Assembly: GCA_001873285.1 (NCBI GenBank) | Contig: MNYV01000076.1 | Coordinates: forward strand, 1-61,723 | DNA length: 61,723 nucleotides | Direction of reading: 5' to 3' | DNA from: Nitrospirae bacterium CG2_30_53_67 | Lineage (GTDB): Bacteria; CG2-30-53-67 | Part shown: piece after piece, positions 9,154-18,871 of the stretch | Position numbering within the stretch: position 1 is the stretch's first letter | How the letters are laid out: each line of letters begins with the position of its first letter | Translations under genes and position numbers: made by a program | Notes under the pieces: generated by a model | Databases searched by the model: none | Told to the model about the DNA's origin: nothing | Seen by the model: only the letters and a program-made list of their open reading frames with translations

Positions 9154-11244
9154 TTATTTTTCTTCTTGATTCATCGAACGTTTTTCAGGCTTCCTGAAGA
9201 GACTGAGGCGGTTTTTCCCTGAAGCCTTGGCGCGATATAGGGCTTTATCCGCAGCGTCTATCAAGCTCTTGATGTTCCTGGCATCTTCCGGATAGGTAGC
9301 CAGACCCGCACTGATGGTAAAATTTCCGATCGGCTGGTCTTCTTCGTAAGGAAAATAAAATTTTTCCACCTCTTTCAGGAGTCTTTCACCAATGACCACG
9401 GCCTCGCGTTTGGATGTCTGCGGGAGGACAACCGTAAACTCTTCACCTCCGTATCTTGCTACAAAATCAATATTACGGACCGTCTCCCGTATCACGGCTG
9501 CAACACTACGAAGCGCCTCATCGCCGGCCAGATGTCCATGATGATCATTGTACCATTTAAAATCATCCACATCGATCATCATCAGAGAGAGGGGATAACT
9601 ATGCCGCTGTGCCCTGGCGATCTCCTCCGTGGTCCTCTCAAAGAAATAGCGCCTGTTCAGCAGGTTGGTCAGATGATCCGTAATCAAGACCTGCTCCATC
9701 TCCTTGGACCTCTGATAAAGCTGAGTACGCTCCAGGGCTATGGCCACCTGGGAGGCGAATATCCTGACGATTTTGAGATCATCCTCATTGAAAATTTCCC
9801 CGGTGATCTTATCCGAGATGTTCAAAACACCGATGGGGCGGTCATTCATGATCAAGGGGATACTGATGAAGGATTTGGTCTTGTATTTCATTTTCTTTTT
9901 CCGCTTTACCCTCAAATCCTTTTCAATATCCTCCACCAGGAGCGGTTCCCCTTTCTCGACGACCCTGCCTGCTATGCCCTCTCCCACTTTGATGTGCAGG
10001 TTGCGGATGACGTTCTCCGGCATCCCTTTGCAGGCCTTGATGGTCAGTTCCCTGGATGCCTCATCCAGTATCATCAGCGATGCCTGTTCCGCCTTGACGA
10101 TTTCCGTGGACTTGTTCAGAATCAGATGGAAGAGCTCGTTTAATTCGCGTGTCTCACCCACCTCCGTCGTCAGCATCCCTAGGTTCGTGATATCCAGAAT
10201 CCGGTTTTTAAGCCTGATTCTGAGCTCCACATTCTGGATGGCCATGGCCGCTTGATCACAAAAGGCATGGATCATCCGGACGTTATTCTCAGAAAGTCCG
10301 GTATTCACGATGCAGATCAATCCTCTGACCTTCTGGCCCAGATAGATGGGGAAGAGATAAACCGAATGGACCTTTTCGTTAAATACCGATTTCTCGATCT
10401 GAATTCTTTCGCTGGTATACACGGGTTTGTGTTCCTTGAGGATTTGACTGACAAGGCCGTTTTGGATGCCGGGGTTGAAGGATTGGAGTCCCAATTCTTC
10501 TGCCCCGCAATAAGACTGGGTGATGAAATGCTTTCCCGATGGATCGAGAAGAACCAGAGAACACCCCGTCAGATCAAAGAGAATAGAGAGTGAATTGAGG
10601 ATCAGCCCGAAGAGTTCATGACTGTCCATGACCAGGTTGAGATCGTTTCCCAGGTGAAAGAGGCTGAAAAGTTTTGAGAAGTTCCGGCCGAAGTTCTGCG
10701 TCTGTCTGTAGGAGTCCGTCAGGGTCTGCCCCACAGAGGTTAAATAAGTTACGGCATTCTGAACCTCCCTAAACTTCCCTATCCTGAGTTCTCCGATCGC
10801 CTTGAAGAGTTGATCATGATTCAACCCGCATTCCGCCGCCAAGGCCATATACTTTGAAGAAACCGGCGCATCTGTGCATATCTTCCCACCGAAGATGGCG
10901 CCGATCACCTGTTGATCGGCCTTTAAAGGAATCGTGAAACAGAGAAGTCCGGCATAACAGATGAAGGTTACGGGCTCCCCGTCCCGAAGTGAACGGGCAA
11001 TCCGCAGCCCGCATTGCGATCTGCACCTTTGAAGCCCCTTTCCCGTGCCCCGGATCAGCCGGCACAGGTAACGTTCCTCATATGACCTGCCAAGTACCGC
11101 CCCATCGGACCCCACACATTTGATCGTCAAACCTGACAAGCGGGCGAAACCAGCCATAGACCTCTGCCATGAATCCGAAATCAGCAGTTTCCTGAAGTCT
11201 TTTTGTTCAGAAGGTTTCATGATATAACCATCCTGTCTTGACAA
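9154..11244 (-). CDS. Diguanylate cyclase with PocR-like sensor and GAF domains (PocR-GAF-GAF-GGDEF)
   Basis: 696 aa with a Cys-containing PocR-like N-terminus, two GAF-like segments and a C-terminal GGDEF domain. The active site is RYGGEEF and an RxxD I-site (RNID) lies 5 residues upstream. Confidence 0.85.
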   Translation of the reverse strand: MSRQDGYIMKPSEQKDFRKLLISDSWQRSMAGFARLSGLTIKCVGSDGAVLGRSYEERYLCRLIRGTGKGLQRCRSQCGLRIARSLRDGEPVTFICYAGLLCFTIPLKADQQVIGAIFGGKICTDAPVSSKYMALAAECGLNHDQLFKAIGELRIGKFREVQNAVTYLTSVGQTLTDSYRQTQNFGRNFSKLFSLFHLGNDLNLVMDSHELFGLILNSLSILFDLTGCSLVLLDPSGKHFITQSYCGAEELGLQSFNPGIQNGLVSQILKEHKPVYTSERIQIEKSVFNEKVHSVYLFPIYLGQKVRGLICIVNTGLSENNVRMIHAFCDQAAMAIQNVELRIRLKNRILDITNLGMLTTEVGETRELNELFHLILNKSTEIVKAEQASLMILDEASRELTIKACKGMPENVIRNLHIKVGEGIAGRVVEKGEPLLVEDIEKDLRVKRKKKMKYKTKSFISIPLIMNDRPIGVLNISDKITGEIFNEDDLKIVRIFASQVAIALERTQLYQRSKEMEQVLITDHLTNLLNRRYFFERTTEEIARAQRHSYPLSLMMIDVDDFKWYNDHHGHLAGDEALRSVAAVIRETVRNIDFVARYGGEEFTVVLPQTSKREAVVIGERLLKEVEKFYFPYEEDQPIGNFTISAGLATYPEDARNIKSLIDAADKALYRAKASGKNRLSLFRKPEKRSMNQEEK

Positions 11245-11535
11245 AACCTAACTCCCCGATTGTTTTATATGCAAAATTCATGCTAAATACCCTATATTAC
11301 AAAAAAATAGATTATTTTATGAAGACCTTATAACTGATTGTTTTTTCAAAAAATTAACAAAAACTGAAAGTCATTTGTTTCATAACATAAAACTGATTTT
11401 ATGCTGTTTTATGAAAAGTGGAAAAAATTTACATAAAATAGGCAATCTTTTTCCAAAAATGGAAAACTTTTTCCACTTTTCCTTTTTTTTGCTGATTTCA
11501 AAGATAATCGGCCATTTGAACACGTTGACCCATCC

Positions 11536-11573
11536 AAAAAAAAACCTCACCAATGTGCCCCATCGATGAGGTT
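11536..11573 (-). terminator. Intrinsic terminator after the DUF465 gene
   Basis: Minus-strand AACCUCAUCGAUGGGGCACAUUGGUGAGGUU followed by nine U. Confidence 0.6.
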
Positions 11574-11634
11574 ACACCCCCGCTTCCGTACATGGAGAAA
11601 GATCGCATCGCAGGACCAATCTTCTCACGCGGGT

Positions 11635-11856
11635 TTATTTCTTTTTATACCGGTCGATAATATACTGCATGTGATCCTTGGCAATCAGCTTCTGTTTTTG
11701 CAATTTTTTTCTTTCCAGATCCTCCTCTGAACTCATGAATTTCAACCTTTTCAAGTCCGAAAGCCTGCTTTCAATCTCATGATGCAATCTCGCCCATTTC
11801 TTAAAATCTTCATTTTCCGACTTCAACCGATCATATAGACCCTTCTCATTGACCAT
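11635..11856 (-). CDS. DUF465 (YdcH-like) small protein
   Basis: MVNEKGLYDRLKSENEDFKKWARLHHEIESRLSDL.. has the typical DUF465 coiled-coil pattern. ATG at 11856 has a GGAGGA RBS; the track start at 11907 is probably an over-extension. Confidence 0.7.
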   Translation of the reverse strand: MVNEKGLYDRLKSENEDFKKWARLHHEIESRLSDLKRLKFMSSEEDLERKKLQKQKLIAKDHMQYIIDRYKKK

Positions 11857-11942
11857 ACTGTTCCTCCATGACCGCAGATGCAAATCAATCAGGTCAGCAT
11901 GAATCATTCATACCATAATTTTTTGAATAACTCAAGAAAAGC

Positions 11943-12416
11943 TCATTCGGATTTCAGAGAGAATTTCATGACCAAGGCGTCTTCTTTGGTGTCGGCGTAG
12001 TATTTTTTTCTGACGCCGATTAATTGAAAGTTCGATTTTTTATAAAGGGTGATGGCTGCATGATTTCTCTCCCTGACTTCAAGAAAAATATGCCTCCCTT
12101 TCATTTTCTCAACCCTTTGGATAAGAACTTTCAATAATGCAGCGCCCACTCCCCGCCGGCGATGTGAAGGCGCCACACAGAGGTTAGTGATAAAGGCCTC
12201 GTCCAAGATGACAAAAGACGTGAGATATCCGACTAAATCCCCTTCATATCTGCAGACGAGGTTGATCCCACGGCTGTCTCGAACGGCGCTCACGAAAGAT
12301 TCTCTGCTCCACGGAGTGAGAAAGGCAGACCTTTCCATTCCGAGGATCCACTCGATATCCTTCTCGCACATATCGTGAATACGGCCGTACCCTTCAGAGA
12401 TAGGCGGCTCCATCAT
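11943..12416 (-). CDS. rimI: Ribosomal-protein-alanine N-acetyltransferase (GNAT)
   Basis: GNAT motif VAPSHRRRGVGAALL. ATGA overlap with tsaB, the usual tsaB-rimI pairing. Confidence 0.85.
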   Translation of the reverse strand: MMEPPISEGYGRIHDMCEKDIEWILGMERSAFLTPWSRESFVSAVRDSRGINLVCRYEGDLVGYLTSFVILDEAFITNLCVAPSHRRRGVGAALLKVLIQRVEKMKGRHIFLEVRERNHAAITLYKKSNFQLIGVRKKYYADTKEDALVMKFSLKSE

Positions 12417-13102
12417 GCGCGATTCCGGTAAAAAATTTCCGCCTCGGGTCTCCTGATATAGTTCGGGACCAGCGATTCATGGCTGACCGTCTGTCCGAGC
12501 TTATATTTTTGAACGGCAACCTCGCCGACAGCCGCTGCGGAAAGGAGGTTCGATGATGGAGGGACAAAAGACGCAAAAGAGCGGAGATGTTCTTTGATGA
12601 TGGATTGGTATTTTACAGCCCCTTCCCCGACAAAGAGCGTGGGCTCCTTGATGCATTCACAAAAGCGGGCCGGAGCAATGACCACCTCAGGAGAAATAAG
12701 GTTCATTTCCCCATTGATGGACCTAAATAGTCCCGCATAAACCTCTTTTTTACGCGCATCCAGCATGGCGCATATCGGAAGCCCCACCCCGCCGAAACCA
12801 TAGGCCAGGCCTAAAAGCGACGAAACCGGGATCAGGGGTTTGTTATCGGCAAAAGCCAACCCTTTCGCCGTGCTGACCGAGACACGAACGCCGGTAAAGG
12901 ACCCGGGGCCCACCGAAACAGCCACGGCATCGACCTGTTTCATGCTGAAGTCCTGATCAGAGAGGATCCTTTGTATTGCGGGAAGGAGTTTCCGGCTGTG
13001 CTTCACCTTGGAGCAGAGACTGTATTCCGAGATGAGCCCCGACTCTCCCATGAGGGCGACACTGCTGACCTCAGTGGATGCTTCAATGGAGAGAATAACC
13101 AC
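12413..13102 (-). CDS. tsaB: tRNA t6A biosynthesis protein TsaB
   Basis: ILSIEASTEVSSVAL..VAVSVGPGSFTGVRVSVSTAKGLA matches the TsaB/YeaZ pattern. Confidence 0.9.
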   Translation of the reverse strand: MVILSIEASTEVSSVALMGESGLISEYSLCSKVKHSRKLLPAIQRILSDQDFSMKQVDAVAVSVGPGSFTGVRVSVSTAKGLAFADNKPLIPVSSLLGLAYGFGGVGLPICAMLDARKKEVYAGLFRSINGEMNLISPEVVIAPARFCECIKEPTLFVGEGAVKYQSIIKEHLRSFASFVPPSSNLLSAAAVGEVAVQKYKLGQTVSHESLVPNYIRRPEAEIFYRNRA

Positions 13103-13162
13103 GGGACCCTTTCTGTGATCTTACGGGGCTCTTTTTTATAAGCCCGGATGCCTGATGATGTT

Positions 13163-13846
13163 TCATCTTTTCCATTTATGTTTCCTGGAAAAGAGCCTGT
13201 ATATCGATTGATAAAGGCGCCCTGAACGTTCCATGAAATTACGTTTGAGAAGATTCTGTTTGTCCTCATCGTCCGGATTCCCGTGAACGAAACGGTTTCT
13301 TATCTTGGAAAGGGCCTTCAAGTCAATTTCGGAAAACTGTTTGTACAGCCAGTTTCCTAAGGGATTCCAGGTGCCGCCCAGGATCATGGAGGCGCCGAAA
13401 TCAACCAGATAGGGCCGGTATCCTTTTGAGACCAGGATGTTTTTTTTGTGCTTCAGATCCGAATGGACGACCCCATGGTCATGCATACGCCGTATCAGAT
13501 CGTCAAGCGCATCAAAAAAAACCCGAGGGATGGGGGCATCCTTGGAAAACTTGGACAGAGGCACGCCATCGATAAATTCGAAGATGAATCCGTCTTTGTC
13601 TATGACTTTGTACAATTTCGGGATACCGGAGAGACCGAGAAGCTGCTGGTAGACTTTGCACTCTCGGGAGAGGAGCCACCTTCCGAAAAAAAAACGGTAA
13701 AAAAGGTTTCTTTTTGCGATATCCTTCAGAGCGGCGATGCGCCCATCCACGGAGATTTTATAGATATCCCCCTGATTCCCTTCTCCGATCACACTCACCT
13801 TGTAGGTTTCAAGGTTCCGGCGGTCTACCTGATCAAATACATCCAT
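13163..13846 (-). CDS. Small protein-kinase-like protein (RIO/Kdo-kinase-like fold)
   Basis: 227 aa with a Gly-rich loop IGEGNQGDIYK, a conserved Lys in AALKD, the catalytic loop HGVVHSDLKHKKNILV and DFG (LVDFGAS). Confidence 0.65.
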   Translation of the reverse strand: MDVFDQVDRRNLETYKVSVIGEGNQGDIYKISVDGRIAALKDIAKRNLFYRFFFGRWLLSRECKVYQQLLGLSGIPKLYKVIDKDGFIFEFIDGVPLSKFSKDAPIPRVFFDALDDLIRRMHDHGVVHSDLKHKKNILVSKGYRPYLVDFGASMILGGTWNPLGNWLYKQFSEIDLKALSKIRNRFVHGNPDDEDKQNLLKRNFMERSGRLYQSIYRLFSRKHKWKR

Positions 13847-13877
13847 GCTGGCTCGACTCCATGGACGAAGTCAACTT

Positions 13878-14894
13878 TTACCTGAACCTGTTCCAGAATA
13901 ATCCCCTCTTTTTCTTTTCATGATCTTTCAGCACAAGCGGTTCTTCCGTTCCCGCCGGGTATTCCGCTTTCTCAGTTTTTTGGGATTCAAGTTTGACGTT
14001 GATCTGCTCAAGAAGTTTCTGAATCATTTCATCCTTGAATAAAAGCGTATGCAGCTGTTCTTCTATATTCTTGATCTGCTTTTGAATCTCGTGCACGGTT
14101 CCTGCAAGGCGATCACCGCCGATTTCCGAGATCTCCTTGTCTTTGAAGGATGGCGTTGATGCCGCCTGCAAATCCCCGGCGGTCTGTTTCTCTGCCGGGT
14201 CCGCACGCGGATCATGCTCGGAAATCACCGGCGCCTCGTCTGCCGAGGAAGGTTTTTCCACTTCAGATTCCGATTCCTGAAACTCTTGAATGTCATGTTT
14301 CTTTCGGAGGTTCAACATAAGTTCTTTCGTGATCATCTTGAATGTCGGGAGGACCCCCTCTCCCGTCACTGCAACCGAGGCATAAAAGGGGACATGCCGG
14401 TGGTTGAGCCTCCGGTTCAGTTCCTCAAGGTCCATGAGATTAGGCAAATCCTGTTTGTTGTACTGCAAAACGAGAGGCATGGTCTCAGGATCCATTCCAT
14501 TGATGACCAGGTTCTCCTTCATGTTCTCAAGACTCTCCAGGTTTTTCTCCATCATCTCAACCTGCGAGTCGGCCACAAAAACCACGGCATCTGCGCCTTT
14601 GAGAACCAGTTTTCTGGTTGCATTGTAATAGACCTGTCCCGGAACCGTATAGAGCTGGAATCGTACCGTAAACCCGCGGATTTTGCCGAGATTGACAGGG
14701 AGAAAATCAAAAAAAAGCGTGCGGTCCGTGTCGGTCGCCAGAGAGAGAAGCTTTCCTCTGGTATCGGCGTTCATCTTGCTGTGGATGTACTGAAGATTCG
14801 TGGTCTTTCCGCCAAGCCCCGGACCGTAATAGACGATCTTTGCCGTGATCTCCTTATTCCCATAATTAAACAGGACCATTTTCTCCTCCTTCAC
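13878..14894 (-). CDS. MglA-family Ras-like GTPase with about 140-aa C-terminal extension
   Basis: The first ~195 aa are near-collinear with M. xanthus MglA as I recall it: KIVYYGPGLGGKTTNLQYIH, DTDRTLFFDFLP, YTVPGQVYY, VVFVADSQ, YNKQDL. An acidic, coiled-coil tail follows. Confidence 0.85.
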   Translation of the reverse strand: MKEEKMVLFNYGNKEITAKIVYYGPGLGGKTTNLQYIHSKMNADTRGKLLSLATDTDRTLFFDFLPVNLGKIRGFTVRFQLYTVPGQVYYNATRKLVLKGADAVVFVADSQVEMMEKNLESLENMKENLVINGMDPETMPLVLQYNKQDLPNLMDLEELNRRLNHRHVPFYASVAVTGEGVLPTFKMITKELMLNLRKKHDIQEFQESESEVEKPSSADEAPVISEHDPRADPAEKQTAGDLQAASTPSFKDKEISEIGGDRLAGTVHEIQKQIKNIEEQLHTLLFKDEMIQKLLEQINVKLESQKTEKAEYPAGTEEPLVLKDHEKKKRGLFWNRFR

Positions 14895-14963
14895 AACCCA
14901 TGGAGCTTGCCGTCGGCCGTCTACGGATTTGGTTGATAGATCCTTTCCATGAGAGAATGAGTC

Positions 14964-15779
14964 TCATGGCATTCCCTGACCCGGTATGCGGCTTCCTTCC
15001 TTGATCAGGCTCATGGCTTTTTCATTCTCACCGATCCAACGATAGACTGTGACAAGATGCGACCGGACGGCATTTTCACCGGGTTTCAGATCCAGGGCCT
15101 TCCGCAGATATTCCGTTGACTGATCGAAGATCCCCCTTTTGAAATAAACCCAGCCGAGGGTATCCAGCACGATGCCGTTCTGCGGTTCTGCCTTCAGAGC
15201 GTCCTTGCATAATTTCAACGCCTCATTCAAGAAGTCATTGGATTCTGCATAGGCGTAGGCCAGGTTGTTGTAGAAGAGGGGATTCGGTCCCTGAATATCT
15301 ATGGCCTTTCGAAAATGTTGAATCGCCTTTTGAATATTCCCTCGCCTCAGTTCGCAGATACCCAGTCCATTCTGAAGTTCGGCATTTTCAGGATACGGCT
15401 TCAGACCTTCCTGCAGCATCTGCAAGGCATCCTCAGTCTTTCCCTGTTTTAATAATATCACAGCCAGATTCACTCTGGCAATGAGATAACCTGAATTGAG
15501 TTCCAGCGCCTTCCGATACTGCATCCCGGCCTTGTCGATTTCCCCTTTTTTAAAATAGAGGTTTCCTAAATTGTTATAAGATCTTGGATTCCTCGGCATG
15601 CTTCGTATGATCCAAAGAAATTTTTCCTCGGCCCGGCGAAGATCTCCTTCTGAAACCAATCGGTTCGCTTCTGTAAAGACACGGTCCGCCGTTTCGTTTC
15701 CTATACCGAGTGAACCGCACCCTGAGTATAAAAAACAGAGCAGAAAAACCCTGATCATCTTCTTGGCGCAGGAAGACAT
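14964..15779 (-). CDS. TPR-repeat lipoprotein
   Basis: Signal peptide with lipobox (LYSGCGS), followed by 6-7 TPR units such as YNNLGNLYFKKGEIDKA. Confidence 0.8.
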   Translation of the reverse strand: MSSCAKKMIRVFLLCFLYSGCGSLGIGNETADRVFTEANRLVSEGDLRRAEEKFLWIIRSMPRNPRSYNNLGNLYFKKGEIDKAGMQYRKALELNSGYLIARVNLAVILLKQGKTEDALQMLQEGLKPYPENAELQNGLGICELRRGNIQKAIQHFRKAIDIQGPNPLFYNNLAYAYAESNDFLNEALKLCKDALKAEPQNGIVLDTLGWVYFKRGIFDQSTEYLRKALDLKPGENAVRSHLVTVYRWIGENEKAMSLIKEGSRIPGQGMP

Positions 15780-15791
15780 AACCGAAAGACT

Positions 15792-17141
15792 CTATGGATT
15801 CTGGACGGTTTTTTTAACGATCTTTCTGTTCCCGACTCTGTCAACCGCCACGATGGTGATCTCCGTGTCCGAAGAAATTTGGGAAAGAACATACTTAAAA
15901 CGTCCGGTTTTGTCGGGTAAGACAGGAACATCATTGATCGTGACTGCAGCATCCGGTTCCGTCTGGCCGCTGATCTGGGCATTCACTTTGCCGGAAACCT
16001 TGAGCAGGAGGAGATCATCCAGAACAATATCCGGAGGCGTCTGGTCAATGGTGATCTTGAATACGCTGTAATCACTGAAATCCCCTTCATTCCCCTCGGA
16101 TGTAATCGAACTCACACGCCAATAATAGATCCCGCTTTTTAATCCCTGGACCACCACTCCCTTCTCAGACAAGCCCGTACGGACAATGACGAGGTCCGTA
16201 AAATAGGGATCCAGCGCCACCTGTATCCGGTAGGTGACTCCCGACAGGGAATCATCCCACTTCAACACCATCTTCATCTCACTCAGATTCTTGAAAAAGA
16301 ATTCGGCCAGATTTTCAGGACTCCCCAATTTGGGAGGCGCCGGAAGATCCTTAATCTCACGGATCTTCTTCTCCTTGGAAATATCAACCGACTGGTTTCG
16401 CACAACCTCCATGGACTCCCCTCCAACCTTTACGTCTACTGCGCCGCTGAAAACCTTCAATTTGCTCTCCTGTTCCTTAGAGACCTGAACGGCCACCTTG
16501 GCCTCGGATATCTTCGCCAGAGCCGTGGGGGTCACGATCACAAACTCCGAGCCTTCGATCTTGGGGCGGCGTACAACCGCTTCCACGTCGCTTTGCAGAA
16601 GATTGATGGATGACTTTCTGATCTTGGTCAGACGGTTCTCCTTCATATCATGGATCACGACCAGTGAGTCCGGCTTGATGGTCAGCTTGTTTCCTTCATC
16701 GAAGAGAACCTCGGCATAACCGCCTGAATAGGTCCGGATAGTGTCCCCTTCTCTCAGGATCTGGTCCTTTTCCGCCTTCTGGAACTTCAACTCCTTCTGG
16801 CTCTTGACGTTCACGTCCCCTTTGACATAGACGAGCCTGGCAAAGTAGACATCCATGACATTGCTGTCGGGTTCATCCTGCTTTTTCTCAGGACTTGCCT
16901 GGAGCCCGAAAAAGGATCCTATCTTGACAAGAAAAGGAAACCGTCCTCCCTCCTTTTTCAGAAAGATGGGAAAGGATACGGCAAGGACCAGGATCAAAAT
17001 GAAGATGACAAAGACCCTCACGAGGACGCGGGGAATCCGAATCATCTTCCAGTCGAGGAGTGGTTTCCTCTCTTTTCTCATCTCTTTTCTTGTCATGACT
17101 CTATCTCTTTTCGTCCATGTCCGCGTCATTCCGCCGGTCAA
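15792..17141 (-). CDS. Membrane-anchored FecR-domain protein with FN3/Ig-like C-terminal domains
   Basis: One TM segment (VFVIFILILVLAVSFPIF), a FecR-like core (GDTIRTYSGGYAEVLFDEGNKLTIKPDS), then beta-rich domains (YYWRVSS). 4-nt overlap with the upstream HD-GYP gene. Confidence 0.65.
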   Translation of the reverse strand: MTGGMTRTWTKRDRVMTRKEMRKERKPLLDWKMIRIPRVLVRVFVIFILILVLAVSFPIFLKKEGGRFPFLVKIGSFFGLQASPEKKQDEPDSNVMDVYFARLVYVKGDVNVKSQKELKFQKAEKDQILREGDTIRTYSGGYAEVLFDEGNKLTIKPDSLVVIHDMKENRLTKIRKSSINLLQSDVEAVVRRPKIEGSEFVIVTPTALAKISEAKVAVQVSKEQESKLKVFSGAVDVKVGGESMEVVRNQSVDISKEKKIREIKDLPAPPKLGSPENLAEFFFKNLSEMKMVLKWDDSLSGVTYRIQVALDPYFTDLVIVRTGLSEKGVVVQGLKSGIYYWRVSSITSEGNEGDFSDYSVFKITIDQTPPDIVLDDLLLLKVSGKVNAQISGQTEPDAAVTINDVPVLPDKTGRFKYVLSQISSDTEITIVAVDRVGNRKIVKKTVQNP

Positions 17142-18871
17142 GCGATGTCGGGACGGACCGATGCAGGATGATGATATGGCTTTTCCTCGAGCATTTTTCT
17201 CTTGATGCCTTTGATCCGGTTGTTACGGAATGCCTGGATGAAGGCCTCGCAGACCTTGGGATCGAACCTCGTACCGGCCCAGGATTTGATCAGTTCCATC
17301 ACCTCTTCCTCGTCGGTCGCCACCTGGTAAGGTCTGTCGGATGTCATGGCATCAAAAGTGTCCGCCACGGCGATAATCCGGGCCGGCAACGGGATCTCCT
17401 CACCGCGGATCCCATCGGGATAACCCTCCCCATCGTATCGTTCGTGATGGTGGCGCATGGATGGAATGATCTTTTGGAGCTGTTTGATGGGCGCCATGAT
17501 ATTGGCCCCCTTGCCGGGATGCTGTTTGATCAGATTATACTCGGCCTTGCTCAGGCCGCTCGGCTTTCTCAGAATGCTGTCGTCGATCCCGATCTTGCCG
17601 ATATCATGGAGCAGGGCGGCAATATGGAGGATTTCTCTCGTCTTTAAATCCAGCTTCATTTCATCCGCTATGACCAGACTGTATTCCGTGACCCTCTCCG
17701 AGTGGCCGCGCGTGTAAGGATCCCTTTCGTCGATGGCTGCGGCAAGCGATGAAATCGCGCTCATGAACAGCCGCCTCATGTTCTTGTCATACAAGTCCAG
17801 CTGCTTAACCATGTAATTGAAGGTTTCGGCCAGCTGCCCGATCTCATTTTTTGCGCGTACGGTAATCTTTTCCTTGAAGTTTCCCTGGGCAATGACTAAT
17901 GCGCTCTTTGTAAAATTGATGATGGGGACACTGATCTTCCTGGCAAAAAAGATACCGATCCCGCAGACCAGGATGCCGGTGATGCCCCCCCAGACCAGGA
18001 TCTGCCGCTTCATCTCGGCCACCATGGTATAGGCATCCACACGGGGTTCCTGCACGACCACGCCCCATCCTTCAAAATCCAACGGCGCATAAGCTCCAAG
18101 CATTTCTTTCCCATTTTTGTCCGCAAAGGGGATGGCCCCTCCGGTTTTTCCCAAGGAAAGATACTTCCCGACGATCTCCACGTCCTTCATGTTTTCCTGC
18201 CGGAGAACCCCGGGACGATCCTTGCCGGCGATCAGACGGCCCAGACGGTCTATCAGATAGGCTTCACCGGACTGCCGGAAGGAGACCTTGTCCACGATCT
18301 CCCATATCTTATCCATGGACATGTCGGCAAGGAGGATCCCGGTCATGTTGTTTTCCTGAAAGACGGGAAGACCGATGGTGACGATGGCGGTTTTCTTCTC
18401 AGAAATACTCAGGGGATCGGCCACGAAGACATTCCCCTGCATGGATTGATCAAAGACCTGGTCCCGTATTTTTTTGCGTTCTTCCAAATAAAGCCCGCTC
18501 ATATCCGGCCGTACGACCTCGGCAATGGAGTTTCTCTGTGTGTCCAGCAGGGTGATGCTGATCAGATCCTTATATTCATCGAGGAAGAAGAACAGGAGCT
18601 GATATTTCTGGATATCCGAAAAGGATTGGGTCAGGGGGAGGAGCCGGGCGATGATCTCCAGTTTCTCGATGGTGTGCCTGAGGTGGCCGGAAACCTCGTC
18701 GGCGGTCTGCCTGGCCCGCTGGGCATGGGAATCCAAGAGGTCGTTTTCCAGGTATTCCTCATTGATCTTGACAAGATTTCTGTCGGATATGATCAGAGGC
18801 GCCAGGGAGATCATCAGCATCACGATGATTAACTGGAGCATCAATCGTCTTTTAGGCCTTATTTTTTGCAC
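17138..18871 (-). CDS. HD-GYP c-di-GMP phosphodiesterase with periplasmic Cache-like sensor and HAMP
   Basis: Two TM segments flank a periplasmic domain, followed by HAMP (IGQLAETFNYMV). HD-GYP motifs: HSERV, LLHDIGKIG, HHERYDGEGYPDG, DTFDAMTSDRPY. Confidence 0.85.
   Translation of the reverse strand: MQKIRPKRRLMLQLIIVMLMISLAPLIISDRNLVKINEEYLENDLLDSHAQRARQTADEVSGHLRHTIEKLEIIARLLPLTQSFSDIQKYQLLFFFLDEYKDLISITLLDTQRNSIAEVVRPDMSGLYLEERKKIRDQVFDQSMQGNVFVADPLSISEKKTAIVTIGLPVFQENNMTGILLADMSMDKIWEIVDKVSFRQSGEAYLIDRLGRLIAGKDRPGVLRQENMKDVEIVGKYLSLGKTGGAIPFADKNGKEMLGAYAPLDFEGWGVVVQEPRVDAYTMVAEMKRQILVWGGITGILVCGIGIFFARKISVPIINFTKSALVIAQGNFKEKITVRAKNEIGQLAETFNYMVKQLDLYDKNMRRLFMSAISSLAAAIDERDPYTRGHSERVTEYSLVIADEMKLDLKTREILHIAALLHDIGKIGIDDSILRKPSGLSKAEYNLIKQHPGKGANIMAPIKQLQKIIPSMRHHHERYDGEGYPDGIRGEEIPLPARIIAVADTFDAMTSDRPYQVATDEEEVMELIKSWAGTRFDPKVCEAFIQAFRNNRIKGIKRKMLEEKPYHHPASVRPDIA

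Noticed and set aside
11375-11569. 64-aa ORF in the AT-rich spacer upstream of the PocR-GGDEF gene.
   Set aside because: The composition is AT-driven (Phe/Lys/Asn/Ile-rich) and there is no RBS. It spans the inverted-repeat array and the terminator of the neighbouring gene.
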